DNA of 63,785 bases, counting the filler, from Hyphochytrium catenoides (Eukaryota > Protista > Hyphochytriomycota), in the NCBI GenBank assembly GCA_900088475.1. It is 9 parts of 9 records of this genome, joined end to end, with 100 filler letters (N's around TTAATTAATTAA, not from the genome) between each part and the next. Parts side by side here need not be neighbours in the genome. Positions count along the whole stretch, not along the records: positions 40,450 to 49,365 come from FLMG01004326.1; positions 49,466 to 53,779 come from FLMG01003501.1; positions 53,880 to 54,947 come from FLMG01002663.1; positions 55,048 to 56,799 come from FLMG01003099.1; positions 56,900 to 61,289 come from FLMG01000676.1; 4 more parts are not named here. The stretch is one strand, 5' to 3'. The notes below the pieces were generated by a model. It saw only the letters and a program-made list of their open reading frames with translations, had not been told where the DNA came from and did no database searches. The translations under genes were made by a program, and so were the position numbers. Below are positions 47,715-60,279 of the stretch, in pieces (the first letter of the stretch is position 1; every line of letters begins with the position of its first letter).

Positions 47715-49365
47715 ATGATGTCGAGCCTCGACATCCTGAGATTACTGTGCCATGTCTTGTTGCTGTTAGGTTGGAGCAAACTGCTCTTCGCGGTCTCAAC
47801 GCCGTATCTCATCCAGCCTGACCTGTCCACCTGGACGCCAATATCATGGTGCAACGGGACTACTCCAGCCTATCTCTACCATCTTGATCTGATAAAAATA
47901 CTGGCGGCTGACATCCAGAGGGTTGCTGTTCAGAGCCGACAAGATGAAGATTTTTGGTTTGTNNNNNNNNNNNNNNNNNNNNNNNNNNNNNNNNNNNNNN
48001 NNNCAACTTGTCCAGTTGTTTCAATGCTTTCCCAATGGAACCTGGACCGCCAAGCCACCACATGATGTGAAACTTCTAGCCAGCAGTCCAGAAGCTTCCG
48101 TCTTGATTGCCACGAAGGGCGCTTATGCAGCAGAGTAAGTGCACCTTCTCTTAAGCTATCTCCGTTTCTAACCTCCTGTCTGCAATGCAGATACCTGAAG
48201 GCAGCACGAGGCAGCAGAGCTGTCCGGAGACTTCAAGCAGGCTATCAGATGGGTGAGAGTTTCAGTCGGAGCTCATCTTCCTGGAGTGGAACAATGCTAT
48301 CATCCTTACACTCAGGAACGGATCCCGACGATTTGGCCTCATTCGCGAACGGAGACTTCTACGCCGCAGATGGCGGTCTCAGTACTGCCGCCTGCAAGTG
48401 GTCCCCTACCTCTCCCATTAAAGAGCTCGAGGTCTGGATATCAAAGGTAAAGTGTTCAATCCTGACAAGAAATGCAGACAGTTAACCTGTCTCACGATAC
48501 ATTCTGTGTACTGCATCTTGGCTCAACTATCTGGCAACTCGTTCTTAGCCACTGCACTCATCAAGCGTTCGCCTCGGGGACATTGAAATTCTGGGAAGCT
48601 CCGAGGATATCCCTGTACTGGTTGGGAACAGCGAGGACGGTGGGCCATTGGTGATGCTCACAAGGGATGGCGCACTTTTGTATCCAGAGTTCCGTGTTAG
48701 CGGCCGCCTGTTACAACCTACAGAAGCTACTGCCATCCCGTCACTGTTCAATGCCACCTATCGGTTCAGCGGCATCTTTGACAGAGAGCTCAGACCCCTA
48801 CAACTGGAGCTTGGAGAGGACAAAGACCTGGCGGAGAGTGTTCTCATTCCCTTCAAAGGCTTGGCCCATCAAACTGCATTTGAGCATTGGCTTACCTTGA
48901 ACATCTCCTACAAGGACGTCTGGCTTGAAGAGGATCAAGAGACGGTGATACCCCTCCGGTTCCGGAATATCTCGATGTCCTGGGTGGTTGGATCTATTCT
49001 AGAAGTGAATCCAGATGCTGTTCGTGCCTCGGTGCGCTTACGGAGGCCGCCTCCTTCACCTGGAGGGACAGTGTTCATTTCGACCGACTTCCCTTCCATA
49101 GTCGATGTAGAGGGGTCGCCACCCGGTACGGCGGAGATCACTTTCACCACGACAAACTGGAACGTTACGAGGAACTTCAGCATCACCCACATCTGGAATT
49201 CATCGTCCTTAGAGAGTGATCGAGAGGGCACCGTTCTCTTTACTTTCACTAGCCTCACCCCGAATATGTCACTCTCGTCTTTCCCTTGCCGAGATTCATC
49301 TACTAGTCCGCCAGTCGGCTTGCCCTCAAGTCCCTCGATGTGCCCATTCTATGAAGATCAGAGCC
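47715..49365 (+). CDS. Secreted or surface protein of unknown function, multi-exon, 3'-partial
   Basis: Signal-peptide-like N-terminus MMSSLDILRLLCHVLLLLGWSKLLFA; GT-AG introns ~48135-48190 and 48447-48548; long last exon with many N-x-S/T sequons and ITFTTTNWNVTRNFSI resembling Calx-beta/cadherin-like beta-sandwich motifs. Confidence 0.6.
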
Positions 49366-50223
49366 NNNNNNNNNNNNNNNNNNNNNNNNNNNNNNNNNNN
49401 NNNNNNNNNTTAATTAATTAANNNNNNNNNNNNNNNNNNNNNNNNNNNNNNNNNNNNNNNNNNNNGAGCCTCTGCGGTACAAAACTCGAAGGGAGGTTAA
49501 CGATTAGGATTGTCCGTCCTTGTCTTAGGGAGTGGAGTTGTGTTGATGATCGCTAGTTGAGACGACACAATGTGCCAACACCATTAGACAACTACACTGC
49601 GCCCATCCACCCTAACGGGGGCAATGGGCAATTTTTGACCCACCCACCTGAATATATTCCTCCTCCATTCTGGAGGCCTGCTGTTTGCTGCTGATGGATT
49701 TCCAGAGCTTGATGAGAGCTCGGAGCTCGGTCTTCGAGAGAGAAAAGAGAGACAATGATGAGAGAGATCAGCTGGCAGATCATGATGTGACCGTGTGATG
49801 AGGGTTCTGATTGACTGCTGTCGAGCGCCATAGAGAATGACGACAGTAAGCGGGCAGGAGGGCACTTGAAATGCAGAAAGAAGAGAGAAGAACCGGGTGC
49901 CACTGCGGCGGGATGAAAAAGGAAGCTGTAAATGGCAGCCGAGCAGCGATGCTCTGAAAACTTCTGGTATCAATGCATGAGAGAGTAAACGAGAGGAGAT
50001 GACTTCACGACTGCGTTACAATGGTCACGTAGCTCTGCGTTTGTCGTGCTGAAAAATATGTCGCGAGCGACAGCATGGGCCGCCGACTAAACTGGGAATA
50101 TGCTGAGAGGTCCTGACAGAGGTCCACAAGGTTATTTGTGTGGTGATTAGCCAGGCCTGGCTGAACCCAAGGGAGGTAGCGGTGAAGGTCGTTGGGAGAT
50201 CTGCGCCATTTCTGTGCATCAGG

Positions 50224-53200
50224 ATGTCAGGTCAGCCCTTAGACGGAAGGGATGGCCCTGGTCACCCTTCTCCACCCATCTCCGCCCTTGAAGCTGCTCT
50301 CGAGGTCAACCGCCAGTATCGTGAACTTCTAAGGGACATATTAGGGCGCATCGGTAATGCTCAGTTGCAGATCAGAGAGGGACTAAGAGAGCGAAGCGGC
50401 CAGTACCAACTCTTGGCACAACACCTGGAGCAGCAAGAAGATGAGTCCAACATGAGAGCCAGAGCAAAAGTAAGGGACTCTCATATGCTTATTGATTTAT
50501 TATCTTCTCTCAATGAATGTTTCTCCTCCCCTGCTATCTGTCTGGTGTCGCCCTCGTTCCAGTGTCTCTTTCCGTGTGTACTCTATCTTCCTCTTCGCGC
50601 AGCATGCTTTCCTCAATTGGCTGGCATGAACGAACCTTCGAGTCTTCTGTCTCCTGATCTTATTGAGGTTTCCTTACATGATGACCCTCCTGCCTGGGGT
50701 TCTGCTCTGGACAGGTCCTTGCCTTAGTATCTTCCGATTTAATTATGATACTCTTCGCGTGCCTCTGGTGCAAGGGTCCAACCTTTATGGGTCAAACAGA
50801 TGTCTCTACGGTCCTATCAATCAGCCCCTCTCTAACCTCGCTTTTCTCATCAGAAACCAGGAGAGCCATACTTTGGTACGCCTTTAGGTTCCACAGGAGC
50901 TATAGATCCTATCATGCAGAGGAAGATTGAGTATCTTCGGCCGTGTGACGTGAAAGTTTTGCAGAAGAAAGCTGCGCGATGGAACGCCACTGAAGTAAAC
51001 GTAAGTGCTTAGGACGCATCGAGAACGGGATGCCCAAGACTATGCTTGCCGATGGCAGTGAATGCGAAGACAGAGATGAAAATGGAGGGATGGATCCGCA
51101 AATGGTTTGCGAAAGAGGGGGCGGGAGAAAGAAAGAGACAATAGATGGTTGGACTCTGGTATGTAGTGCAAAGGGTATGATAGAGGCAACCTGGCCAAGG
51201 ATAATTCTCAAGCTTTCCATGGACTCAGACACACGCAGTAATGCGCTAGAGAGTTAGACCTTTAGTTTTTGCCCAGTTTCCCTAAAACTGAGACTGGTTC
51301 CGCGAGTGCCCTTTCTTCATGGCTTTTTAGCCTTCTGCCCGGTTCACCGCCTCTCCCCTCCCTAACCCCCTCCTTTCTCCCACAACTTAGCACTTAAGTG
51401 AGATACTTCAGGAGCAGGCTGAGAAAGAAGCTAACCATGGCCCAAGCGAGCATTCTGAACTTGTCAGTGTGAGATCTATCCACGTTGGCCGTGTTTGACG
51501 CTTTAATTTGGGGCGTTATTTCTCGTCTGTTCAGCACGATTATAGAGCCCATTAGTTTCTTACCTCATTTCTCTCCTTATCTAGTGGGAGAGCTTAGACC
51601 CGGACGTGTTTGACTGGCAGGAAGTCAGTGTACTGCTCGTTTCCAGGCTCTTGAAAGGGGTTCTACAGAAGGAGGGCAGAGACATGGAGAGTGGTACCAG
51701 GAGGAGTGAGCTCGAGGAACAGTACTCTTCTCGAGCTTGCCGTGCCTACTTTCGCCATCACATTTGGACAAAGATTAAGCACCAGGGATGGACCAAGCAA
51801 GAAGATGACAAACTGAGAGCGTTAGCAGATGAGTACAAGGTATTCACATTTGTGTGCTACCAGTTCTCGGTGTTCCCTGATTCTAGTTTCAAGCGGTAAA
51901 GCTCATTGCTCACTCGAGGTTTTCGCAGTGCCACCACTGGGATAAGATAGCGAGTAAGCTAGGTACCAATCGAACAGCCATCGCTTGCCTCAAAAGGTAG
52001 ACAGGGTCGAATGCAACACACATGTAGGGCTTTAGCAAGGAAGTGAAAAGCGAGGGGCTACTAGGAGAGTGCGATAAGCTCTTTGCCACCCGAGGGGGTG
52101 ACCTCCACATTACGGGGTAACAAAAGAGCAAGAGGGACCATTGATCCACAGTTAAGAGAGGGACGAGGATTGCGCTGATTGACGTTTCGCGATCCAGATA
52201 CCAGACGGCTTTGAACAAGAATCTGACTAAATCCAAGTGGGACCCTCAGGAAGATGCCATTCTTGGCGAAGCTGTGAAGGTGCTTTCTCTCCATCTATCG
52301 GCCTTCATTGGCAACAAGGTTATGAACTTTCCTTCATTCCCTCTTCTGCCTTCACTGCAGGAGCTTGGTGAAGGCTCGTGGGACCAGATAAGCGAGCGGC
52401 TAGAAGGACGAACGGGAGAGCAATGCCTTCACAGGTAAACTGCGTCGCCCCGTGTTCTGGAAGTTCTTCTGCTGCCACAGTCTCGCCTAATAATAGCCAC
52501 GCTTTAGGTGGAAGAAGGCGCTTGATCCTTCTATCAAACGCGGGCCGTGGTCACCTGGCGAGGACTATGCCCTGTCTCTTGCCGTCAAAATATACGGAGT
52601 GGAGGACATTGTTCCTTGGAGTCAGGTGCAGAGACATTTGCCAGGAAGAACAGACTCTCAGGTGTGGATGACAAGTGTATGGCGACGCTGGGAAGCCTGT
52701 TTCTTTGAGTCGCACCCTCCTCCCGCTGCTCGTGCAAGACATTCTGCTCTTTCGTCCTAAGATTGTTCTGCCTTCTCCCACCTCAATTGTGCAGTGTCGA
52801 GAACGTTGGATGAATGTGCTCAATCCCAGTTGGACTAAAAAGTAAGGGGAGGACTCTTCCTTTTAACCAAGTCGCTCTAATGCTATTCTCCATCTCTGTT
52901 AGCGCTTTTATTGCTCTTGTCGCGTGATCCCGTCTTCCTTCAACATCCACTCTTCTTCGCGCTCACCCAAATACTAGATTGGTGTCCTATAGCAACTAAT
53001 ACCTCGTTCCTCAGCACGTGGAGCCTTGACGAGGACGAGAGGCTGAAGGCTGCGGTGAAAGACATTGGTATTAGGAAGGTGAGAAAGGAAGAATCCGAAA
53101 GATGCGGAGATGGCTGACAGCAGAGGAGCCAGCAATAGTGACGCTAGGATAGACTAGACCGTACAATGGACTCTGGGGGACAGTCGACTTGGTTTCGAAG

Positions 53201-53566
53201 TCGGAAAGAACCCTCACACCAGCGGTTATCTAAATGATTCCAAACACTCCATAGTGGTCTGAGGTGGCCGCGAAGGTCATGACACGAAGTGACAACCAGT
53301 GCGCTCGGAGATGGAAGGTAAGCGATAACCTTTGCTTGCCATGCAGGTTTCCGTTTTGAACGATTGGCTCTAGCGAAGACACTGATCTTCTTGAGTTATG
53401 TTCCTTGAGTTGCCCGCTCTATTTTCTCCGTGTTTCTCTGTCCTAATGTGGACATTACGGATATACCTTTGCGTGGTGCTGATCTTGTCTTATTCCGTTC
53501 ATCCTGAGACAGAACATGTGCAAGAAGGCGAACAAGCGGAAGCGAAAGCGGCCGACGGTCACTGAG
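50224..53566 (+). CDS. SNAPC4: snRNA-activating protein complex subunit 4-like multi-Myb-repeat protein, 3'-partial
   Basis: N-terminal helix ALEAALEVNRQYRELL; spliced exons give a half repeat plus four Myb repeats: WTKQEDDKL...HHWDKIASKLGTNRTAIACLKRYQ; WDPQEDAIL...WDQISERLEGRTGEQCLHRW; RGPWSPGED...LPGRTDSQCRERWMNVLNP; WSLDEDERL...RSDNQCARRWK. Introns between these exons are GT-AG. Confidence 0.82.
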
Positions 53567-53926
53567 GTTTGAAACCTTTCGCACCTCGACCGTCCGCCTA
53601 CCTAGCAAGGCCGAGACGACAAGCCAGCGTCTTGACATATATCTATTCTGTGCTCTCCTCGTTTGGGGGCATACTAGGGATGGTCCCATCCCGCACTTTC
53701 CTTTGGGCGTTAGCCTCCTCTCTTTTCTCTTCCCGAACCTAACTCGGCAGGCTTCGGCTCGTGCTAGACCACCTTCTTCNNNNNNNNNNNNNNNNNNNNN
53801 NNNNNNNNNNNNNNNNNNNNNNNTTAATTAATTAANNNNNNNNNNNNNNNNNNNNNNNNNNNNNNNNNNNNNNNNNNNNAGAGAGAGAGAGAGAGAGAGA
53901 GAACAGGTTCGTCGTTTTCCTCTCAC

Positions 53927-54145
53927 ATTTGCAATAGAGTCGAGCACCATCTGAGGCTGAGAGGACTGCGACTGGGAGAGAAAGTGCGCTCCTGTTTGTG
54001 CGGGGCAGCAGGGGCAGGCGGCGGTGTGGAACCCTTGACGCTGCTTATGTTTAGGGTTTCGGGGGCAGATGATGTAGACGCGGCCCCGGCGGCGCACCAC
54101 GCGACAATGTTCGCACAATTTCTTCACACTTGTGCGCACCTTCAT
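53927..54145 (-). CDS. rpl36: Nuclear-encoded organellar (probably mitochondrial) ribosomal protein bL36 with C-terminal extension, 3'-partial
   Basis: [38 protein letters not shown] is the canonical bL36 zinc ribbon (C-x2-C...C...H); followed by 35 extra residues and a GTGAG donor at 53926. Confidence 0.93.
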
Positions 54146-55537
54146 GTTTCAATTTCTAGGGGAAAAGGGAGAGAAAGAGAGATGGACAGAAGAGAAAAGA
54201 AAGACAGAGAGAGAGACAGAGAGAGAAGACAGAGAGGTAGAGGACATATAGAAGGAAGAGAGGGGGAGAAATAGTCGAGAATGGGGGAGACACAGAGAAG
54301 AGAAAGAGAAAGGTGCAGGAGAGGGAGAGAAGAGAAAGCGTGAAAAGAGAAAGAGAGTAGAAGAGAGAGAAGAGGGAAGAGAAAGGGAGTGGAGTGGAGG
54401 GGAGCGAGAGAGAGAGAGAGAGAAGAACACAAAGAGAGGGAGACAGAGGGAAAGAGAGAGAGAGATCAACGGTATGGTAAGTCTCTGGCTATGGTGGTAA
54501 TCAAAGAGATAAAGATTCAACTCAAGGCTAGAGAGACAATAAAAAAAGAGACAGAGAGAGAGAGAGAGAGAAAGAGAGAGAAGATAAAGAGAGAGAGACG
54601 CGGAAGAGATGCTAATAGAGTCGAAGGAGCAGGAAGGAGAAAGAAAGAGGCCAGAAGCAATGGAAGGGAGAAGCCAGCTAGAGAGAAGAAAAGAGGGATA
54701 AAGACTGCCCTGGAGCAAGAAGAGACATCAAGCAAGGCAGAAGAAAGAGCAGGCGATAAAGAAGTCAACTGAAGAGCGAGTAACGAAGGACGAAAGAAGA
54801 GAGAGAGAAAGAGAGAGAGAGAGGGAGAGAGAGAGAGAGAGAATATCAAAGAGAAGAAAGATCTCAACAAGTCACAGGAAATATGCCCTAGAAAGAGACA
54901 GATAGTGGGAAGAGAGAGAAACATTCAGTGAGAGAGAGAGAGAGAGANNNNNNNNNNNNNNNNNNNNNNNNNNNNNNNNNNNNNNNNNNNNTTAATTAAT
55001 TAANNNNNNNNNNNNNNNNNNNNNNNNNNNNNNNNNNNNNNNNNNNNGGATCACAGCTTCCGAGGTGATGATGCATCATAGAACAGCTTCACACCTCCTT
55101 CCAGTTATGCAGGCAAGTAGCAGGAGGCACCACAAGCGAGAAGAAGAGAGTAGGACGATAACAGATCAATGAAAGACTCATCACTATCTATTTGCAGCAA
55201 CCATATCGAACCCACCTTTTCCTCACTTGGTATGCCTTCCTCACGTGTTATACTGCTGTATACAAAGTGATGCTCGACGACAACTTCTCCCCGCCTCTTA
55301 CTAACTTTCACCACTCGTCTCTCAAGCACCACAGGGATCTCCCCCCTGGTCCGTCCTCCTCATCTCATCACTCTCAAATCTACCTCTAGGACGACAAGCT
55401 GAATGATTGCCATACTTTTTGCACCGACATCAAGACATTTTATTGTCCTATCTGCAACGCCTATTGTCAAGCGGCCAGCTTGATTTGCTCACTGTAGAAG
55501 GACAACTACCATTTAACGACAAGAGCTGCCTAGAAGT

Positions 55538-56799
55538 CATGTCGGCCACCTGTGACGCATCAGCCCTTGAGAATAAGTGCCCATTGGCGGCTGTCCGCTT
55601 CGGCGCGACAACAGCACTAAAGCATGATGAAAGTGCCACTCCACTTCTTCCTGAGCGCGTGCCACCATCATCTAATGCCGTCGTCAGAGACGAAAGCAGA
55701 ACAATGATCAACTTAAAATTATGTGGAGATGAAGGCGAAAGTCAAAAAAGCAATCCTCTTGATTGCTTTGACGACTTCCCATCTACAGCCGATAGCACGC
55801 AGGGCGATACTGCACAAACATCTAGGACTACGAGAAGGATTCACAACAGACTAAGCACAAAGTTCTCCAACAAGCGGACTCCATTCGGAAAATACCCCGA
55901 ATTCTTCCTGCAGGACGGTCTGTTCACTGCTGGCGAGGAGGGAGGCAAAGTAGCGGTTACCGCATCGAGTCTTGTTGCTATTGGCAACTCCCAGCGACGT
56001 TTTATAGGGAATACTATGATGATCACTGAAGAGGACTTGATAGAGACCGTGACTGATCCTGAAGCAGAGACCTCTGACGCTGCTGTCATCATCTCTTCAG
56101 GTATGTTCCGTTGAACATTTGTATACTCTTTTTGCACGTTATCTCACGGCCGGCCCTTTCTCATTTTTCTCATAATAAACAGGTGATAGTAAGGAGCCCA
56201 TAGGATACTTCATTGCAGAGATCAATGTTAGGACAGGCCAGTGTTACTTATTCATCAGAGTTGACCCTGAGAAGAAAGGCTGGAAGGAGGTGTATGAGGC
56301 AGGACTATATGAGGGTATCGCGGCCATTAGGAGCCACTTAGAAGACATTGCCGGTGGGAAGCCAGTTGTTATTTCATGCAAGGAGAGCCCACAGATGCCC
56401 TACGCCATCAAACGCCTTAGAGATGAAGGCTTTCAGTACAACCGCAGTTGGTTCGTGATGAGTCTATGTCTGACTGAAAAGGACGACTTTCCTGACACGC
56501 CCCTTCCTGATGGACTGGAATTGAGGCCATTTCGTCACCAGGATCCGAAGCAATGTAGACAGATGTACGAGGCTGAGCAAGAAGCATTTAGAGATCATTC
56601 TGGTTACGCTGAAGACCTTCCATGGGAAGAATGGCTGGAGCACTGGGAAGAGAAAGACCTAGCCACCTACAAATTTTTCGTTGCTTGGGACGGGAACCAA
56701 ATAGCTGGCGCTGTCTGGGTCGAAGATGGGCGAAAGAGCGAGCCGGGCATGGCCTACATAGACATCGTATTCGTGCGCAGGCCTTATCGTGGAAGAGGT
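55538..56799 (+). CDS. Tandem-GNAT N-acetyltransferase (bacterial MshD-like type), one intron, 3'-partial; start uncertain
   Basis: Exon to 56100, GT-AG intron 56101-56182, then in-phase GDSKEPIGYF...IRVDPEKKG (degenerate GNAT1), LPDGLELRPF...EAFRDH...WEEW...FFVAWDGNQIAG...AYIDIVFVRRPYRGRG (acetyl-CoA motif A). Confidence 0.8.
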
Positions 56800-57124
56800 N
56801 NNNNNNNNNNNNNNNNNNNNNNNNNNNNNNNNNNNNNNNNNNNTTAATTAATTAANNNNNNNNNNNNNNNNNNNNNNNNNNNNNNNNNNNNNNNNNNNNG
56901 AGAGAGAGAGAGAGAAACAGAAGCCAGTAACACATAGAGAAAAGCAGGAGAAAGAGAACAACAGAGAACAAGTACAGAGAGAGAGAGAGAGACGGCCTTG
57001 ATTGTGACAGGGAGTCGAGATTGCGTGCAGCGGTCTCATCTGCGCGTCTCTCCCCTCTCTCTCTCTGTGTCTCCCTCTCTCTGTTACCAGCTCTCTCTCT
57101 ATCCGCCGACAAGCCAATCGTCTC

Positions 57125-57752
57125 TCTCTTTCCTCTTGGCCTCTTACTCTCTCAATGGGTCGTGGCTAGGCTTCTCAGACCTCAGATCGCAGTTCGTCTA
57201 CTGTCCCTTGGCCGATCTCTCTCTTGGTTCTTCTTCTTCTTCTCTCTCTTCCTCCTCCTCGTGGCTCCGCTATGGAAACTCCTATAAAAGCGCTTTCAAG
57301 TGTGACATCAAGGAGCTCAGCAAGTCCAGGGAGCCTCTGCTCTACGAGCTATTTATTGGTGAGAAGTGAAAGAGAGAGAGGGGGACTAAGAGAAAGAGGC
57401 ATAGTTCCAAGCATGCATGAGAGAGAGAGATAGGAAAGAGACAGAGAGAAAGTGAGAAAGAAGGAGAGAAAGAGAGAGGCCACTTTGCATGTTCTACTCT
57501 CGGCATTGCTCTCTCTTTCTATGTTGTGATTGCACCTCTCCTTTCTTTGTTTACTCGGCTTGCTCTTCCGCTCGATCTAACCGCCGCTCTCTTCCGTTGT
57601 CGTCTTTTGCCCTCTGCCGTCATCCACTCTCTCTCCCTCTCTCTCTCTCTCTCTCTCCCTCTCTCTTTTCCTACGTAAACTATCTATATGTATATATTCC
57701 CATCTCTCTCTTCTCTCTCTCTCGTTTTCTCTTTCGCCCTCTCTCTCTCTCA

Positions 57753-57794
<42 letters not shown>

Positions 57795-58147
57795 TTCTCT
57801 CTCTCTCTCTTTGTTCTCTTTCTCTCTCCCGCTCCTGTCTTTCATTGCAGTGGACAATACTTCTGCTCCGGCGGTTCGTTACCCTGTTCCCGTCCGGAAC
57901 CTGAACTATCGCGACTCCAGTGCCTCGGACCCTCAGCCTAACAGGAGCCCAGACAGAGCGCATCAGGTAGAGAGAGAAGGGAGAGGCCGAAGCGTGGAGA
58001 GAGAGAGTGTGAGCAATGAGAGAGACTTAGGAACATGTAAGAGAGAGAAAGAGAGAGAAAGAGAGAGAAAGAGAGAGAAGAGAGAGAAGAGAGAGAAGAG
58101 AGAGAGGATCCTGTCGGTAAAAAGGAAGAGGGAGAGGAAGTGTCGAT

Positions 58148-58229
<82 letters not shown>

Positions 58230-58536
58230 AAAGAGAGAGTGGGGCGCCACCGTAAGTGAGACTGCTAAGGCAACGTTATTTTTATCCGCTTCTCTTGTTT
58301 CTCTCTTTCACTCTCTCTTCTTTCTTTCTCTAGCAACTGACCCGACGGTTCTTTCTCTACGACACTGTGAGCGGCCAGACCTCCACTGAGCCCGAGACTG
58401 TTCCTTCTGTCATTCGCTATGCCAAGTCCATCAGCCTGCGGGTAGGAAAGAGAAAGGGCTTTCTCAAGGAGAAAGAGATGTCCTCGCAAGAGAGAGAGAG
58501 TGTGTGTGTGTGAGAGAGAGAGTATGTGTGTGTGTT

Positions 58537-58576
<40 letters not shown>

Positions 58577-58883
58577 GGCAGATTATTAAGTAGGAGGGAG
58601 AGTGAGAGAAGAGAGAAAGAGATGAGAGAGAGGGAGGAAGAAAGAGACTTTCTTCAGGTGTCCTTAGTTTACCTCTGCACTATTCCTACAGATCCGCAGC
58701 CAAGAAGGAGAGATGCAGAAGATCTATCCCCCTCTTCTGGTTATTGAGTACGAAGAGAGACAGGTGATCTGCGTTGACTGTTTCTCTTTTTTTTTTCCAT
58801 GAAGCCATGACCTCTGTTCCTTTATCTCCATCTCTTCTCCTGCCTCCTGCCACATACCTCTTGTTTCAGCATCCAGCTCTCTT

Positions 58884-58946
<63 letters not shown>

Positions 58947-59390
58947 GTGTGTGTGTGTGTCCCTTACACGTCTCTGTGTTTCTAAAGTTGTTTGCTTTGT
59001 TGGCTCTCCCCACCTCTCCTCCCCTCCGTCCGCCCTCTCTCTCTTTGCCTTCTTACTCTCTCTCTCTCTTCTCTCTCTTGCTCTCTTCCCGCTTTACACG
59101 GAACATAATTCCTGTCTGTCTATCAGCCCTCTTCCTTCTCGGCTACCCCGTCTCTCTCTCTGGACACTATTTCCTTCTCCGTCTCCTACTCTTCTTCCTC
59201 TTCCCCCACTTCAGGCTCCTCCTCTTTCTGGACGACGGCGGTGTCTCTCTTCTCTTGCGGTCTGGCCTTGGTTCTAGTTCTCTTCTTCTTCCAGCTTTAT
59301 AACTACCAGAGAAGAGCTGTCAGGACAATGAATGATTCCTTCTTTGATCCTGTGCGGCTAGGTACGTGAGATTAAAAGAGGAAGGAGAGG

Positions 59391-59432
<42 letters not shown>

Positions 59433-59827
59433 AAGAGAGAAAGTGGGGGGCGGGGAGTAAGATTAAAGAGGATGAGAGAGAAAGAGTTGAGGAGCCGAAT
59501 AACAGGATACGATATGGAAGAAGGGGAGAGAAGAGAGAGAGAGAGAGGCTCTGGTCATGAGTGGATATTTGCGGTAAGGTATGAACTTACCGCTCGTCCT
59601 TTCTCTTCCCGCTGCTTTGTTAACATTACCTATCAGCTGTCTTTCTGTTTAGTTCATTCGTGAAGGTGAATTATTGGTAAGTCTCTCTCTCTCTCTCTCT
59701 TTATCTCTCTCCCTCTCTCTCTCGCTCTGTGATAAATATGCTGCCTCTCTCTCTCTCTCTCAGTCACAGTCTCTCTTTGGACAAAACTGTTCCTTCTGGT
59801 GTCCTCTCTCTCTCGTGCGCGCGCTGG

Positions 59828-59874
<47 letters not shown>

Positions 59875-60241
59875 CGCTCGCTTTCTCTCTCTATTTCTTT
59901 TTCTTACCTATTGGATGTAGGGTGCTCTTCATTCTCTGCAGCTACTGGCTGGTCAACTTCAAGCTCCATTCCAGCGGGAAAGGCGTCTTGCTGCCGGAAG
60001 ACGAAGAGGGATCTTCCTCTCCCGAGTACTATGCCTTCAGAGTCATGATCAACATATGCTTCTCTTTCCAGGTAGAGAGAGAGGAAGAGAGAGAGAAAGA
60101 CAGACAGATCTTTTTTGAAGAGAAGCGGGAGAGAGACAGAGGGAGAGAAAGAGCTGCCAGAGAAGCAGCAGAGAGAGAGAGAGAGGAGAGAGAGATACCT
60201 GCCAGAGAAAGCAGCACAGAGAGAGAGAGCTGCCAGAGAAA

Positions 60242-60279
<38 letters not shown>

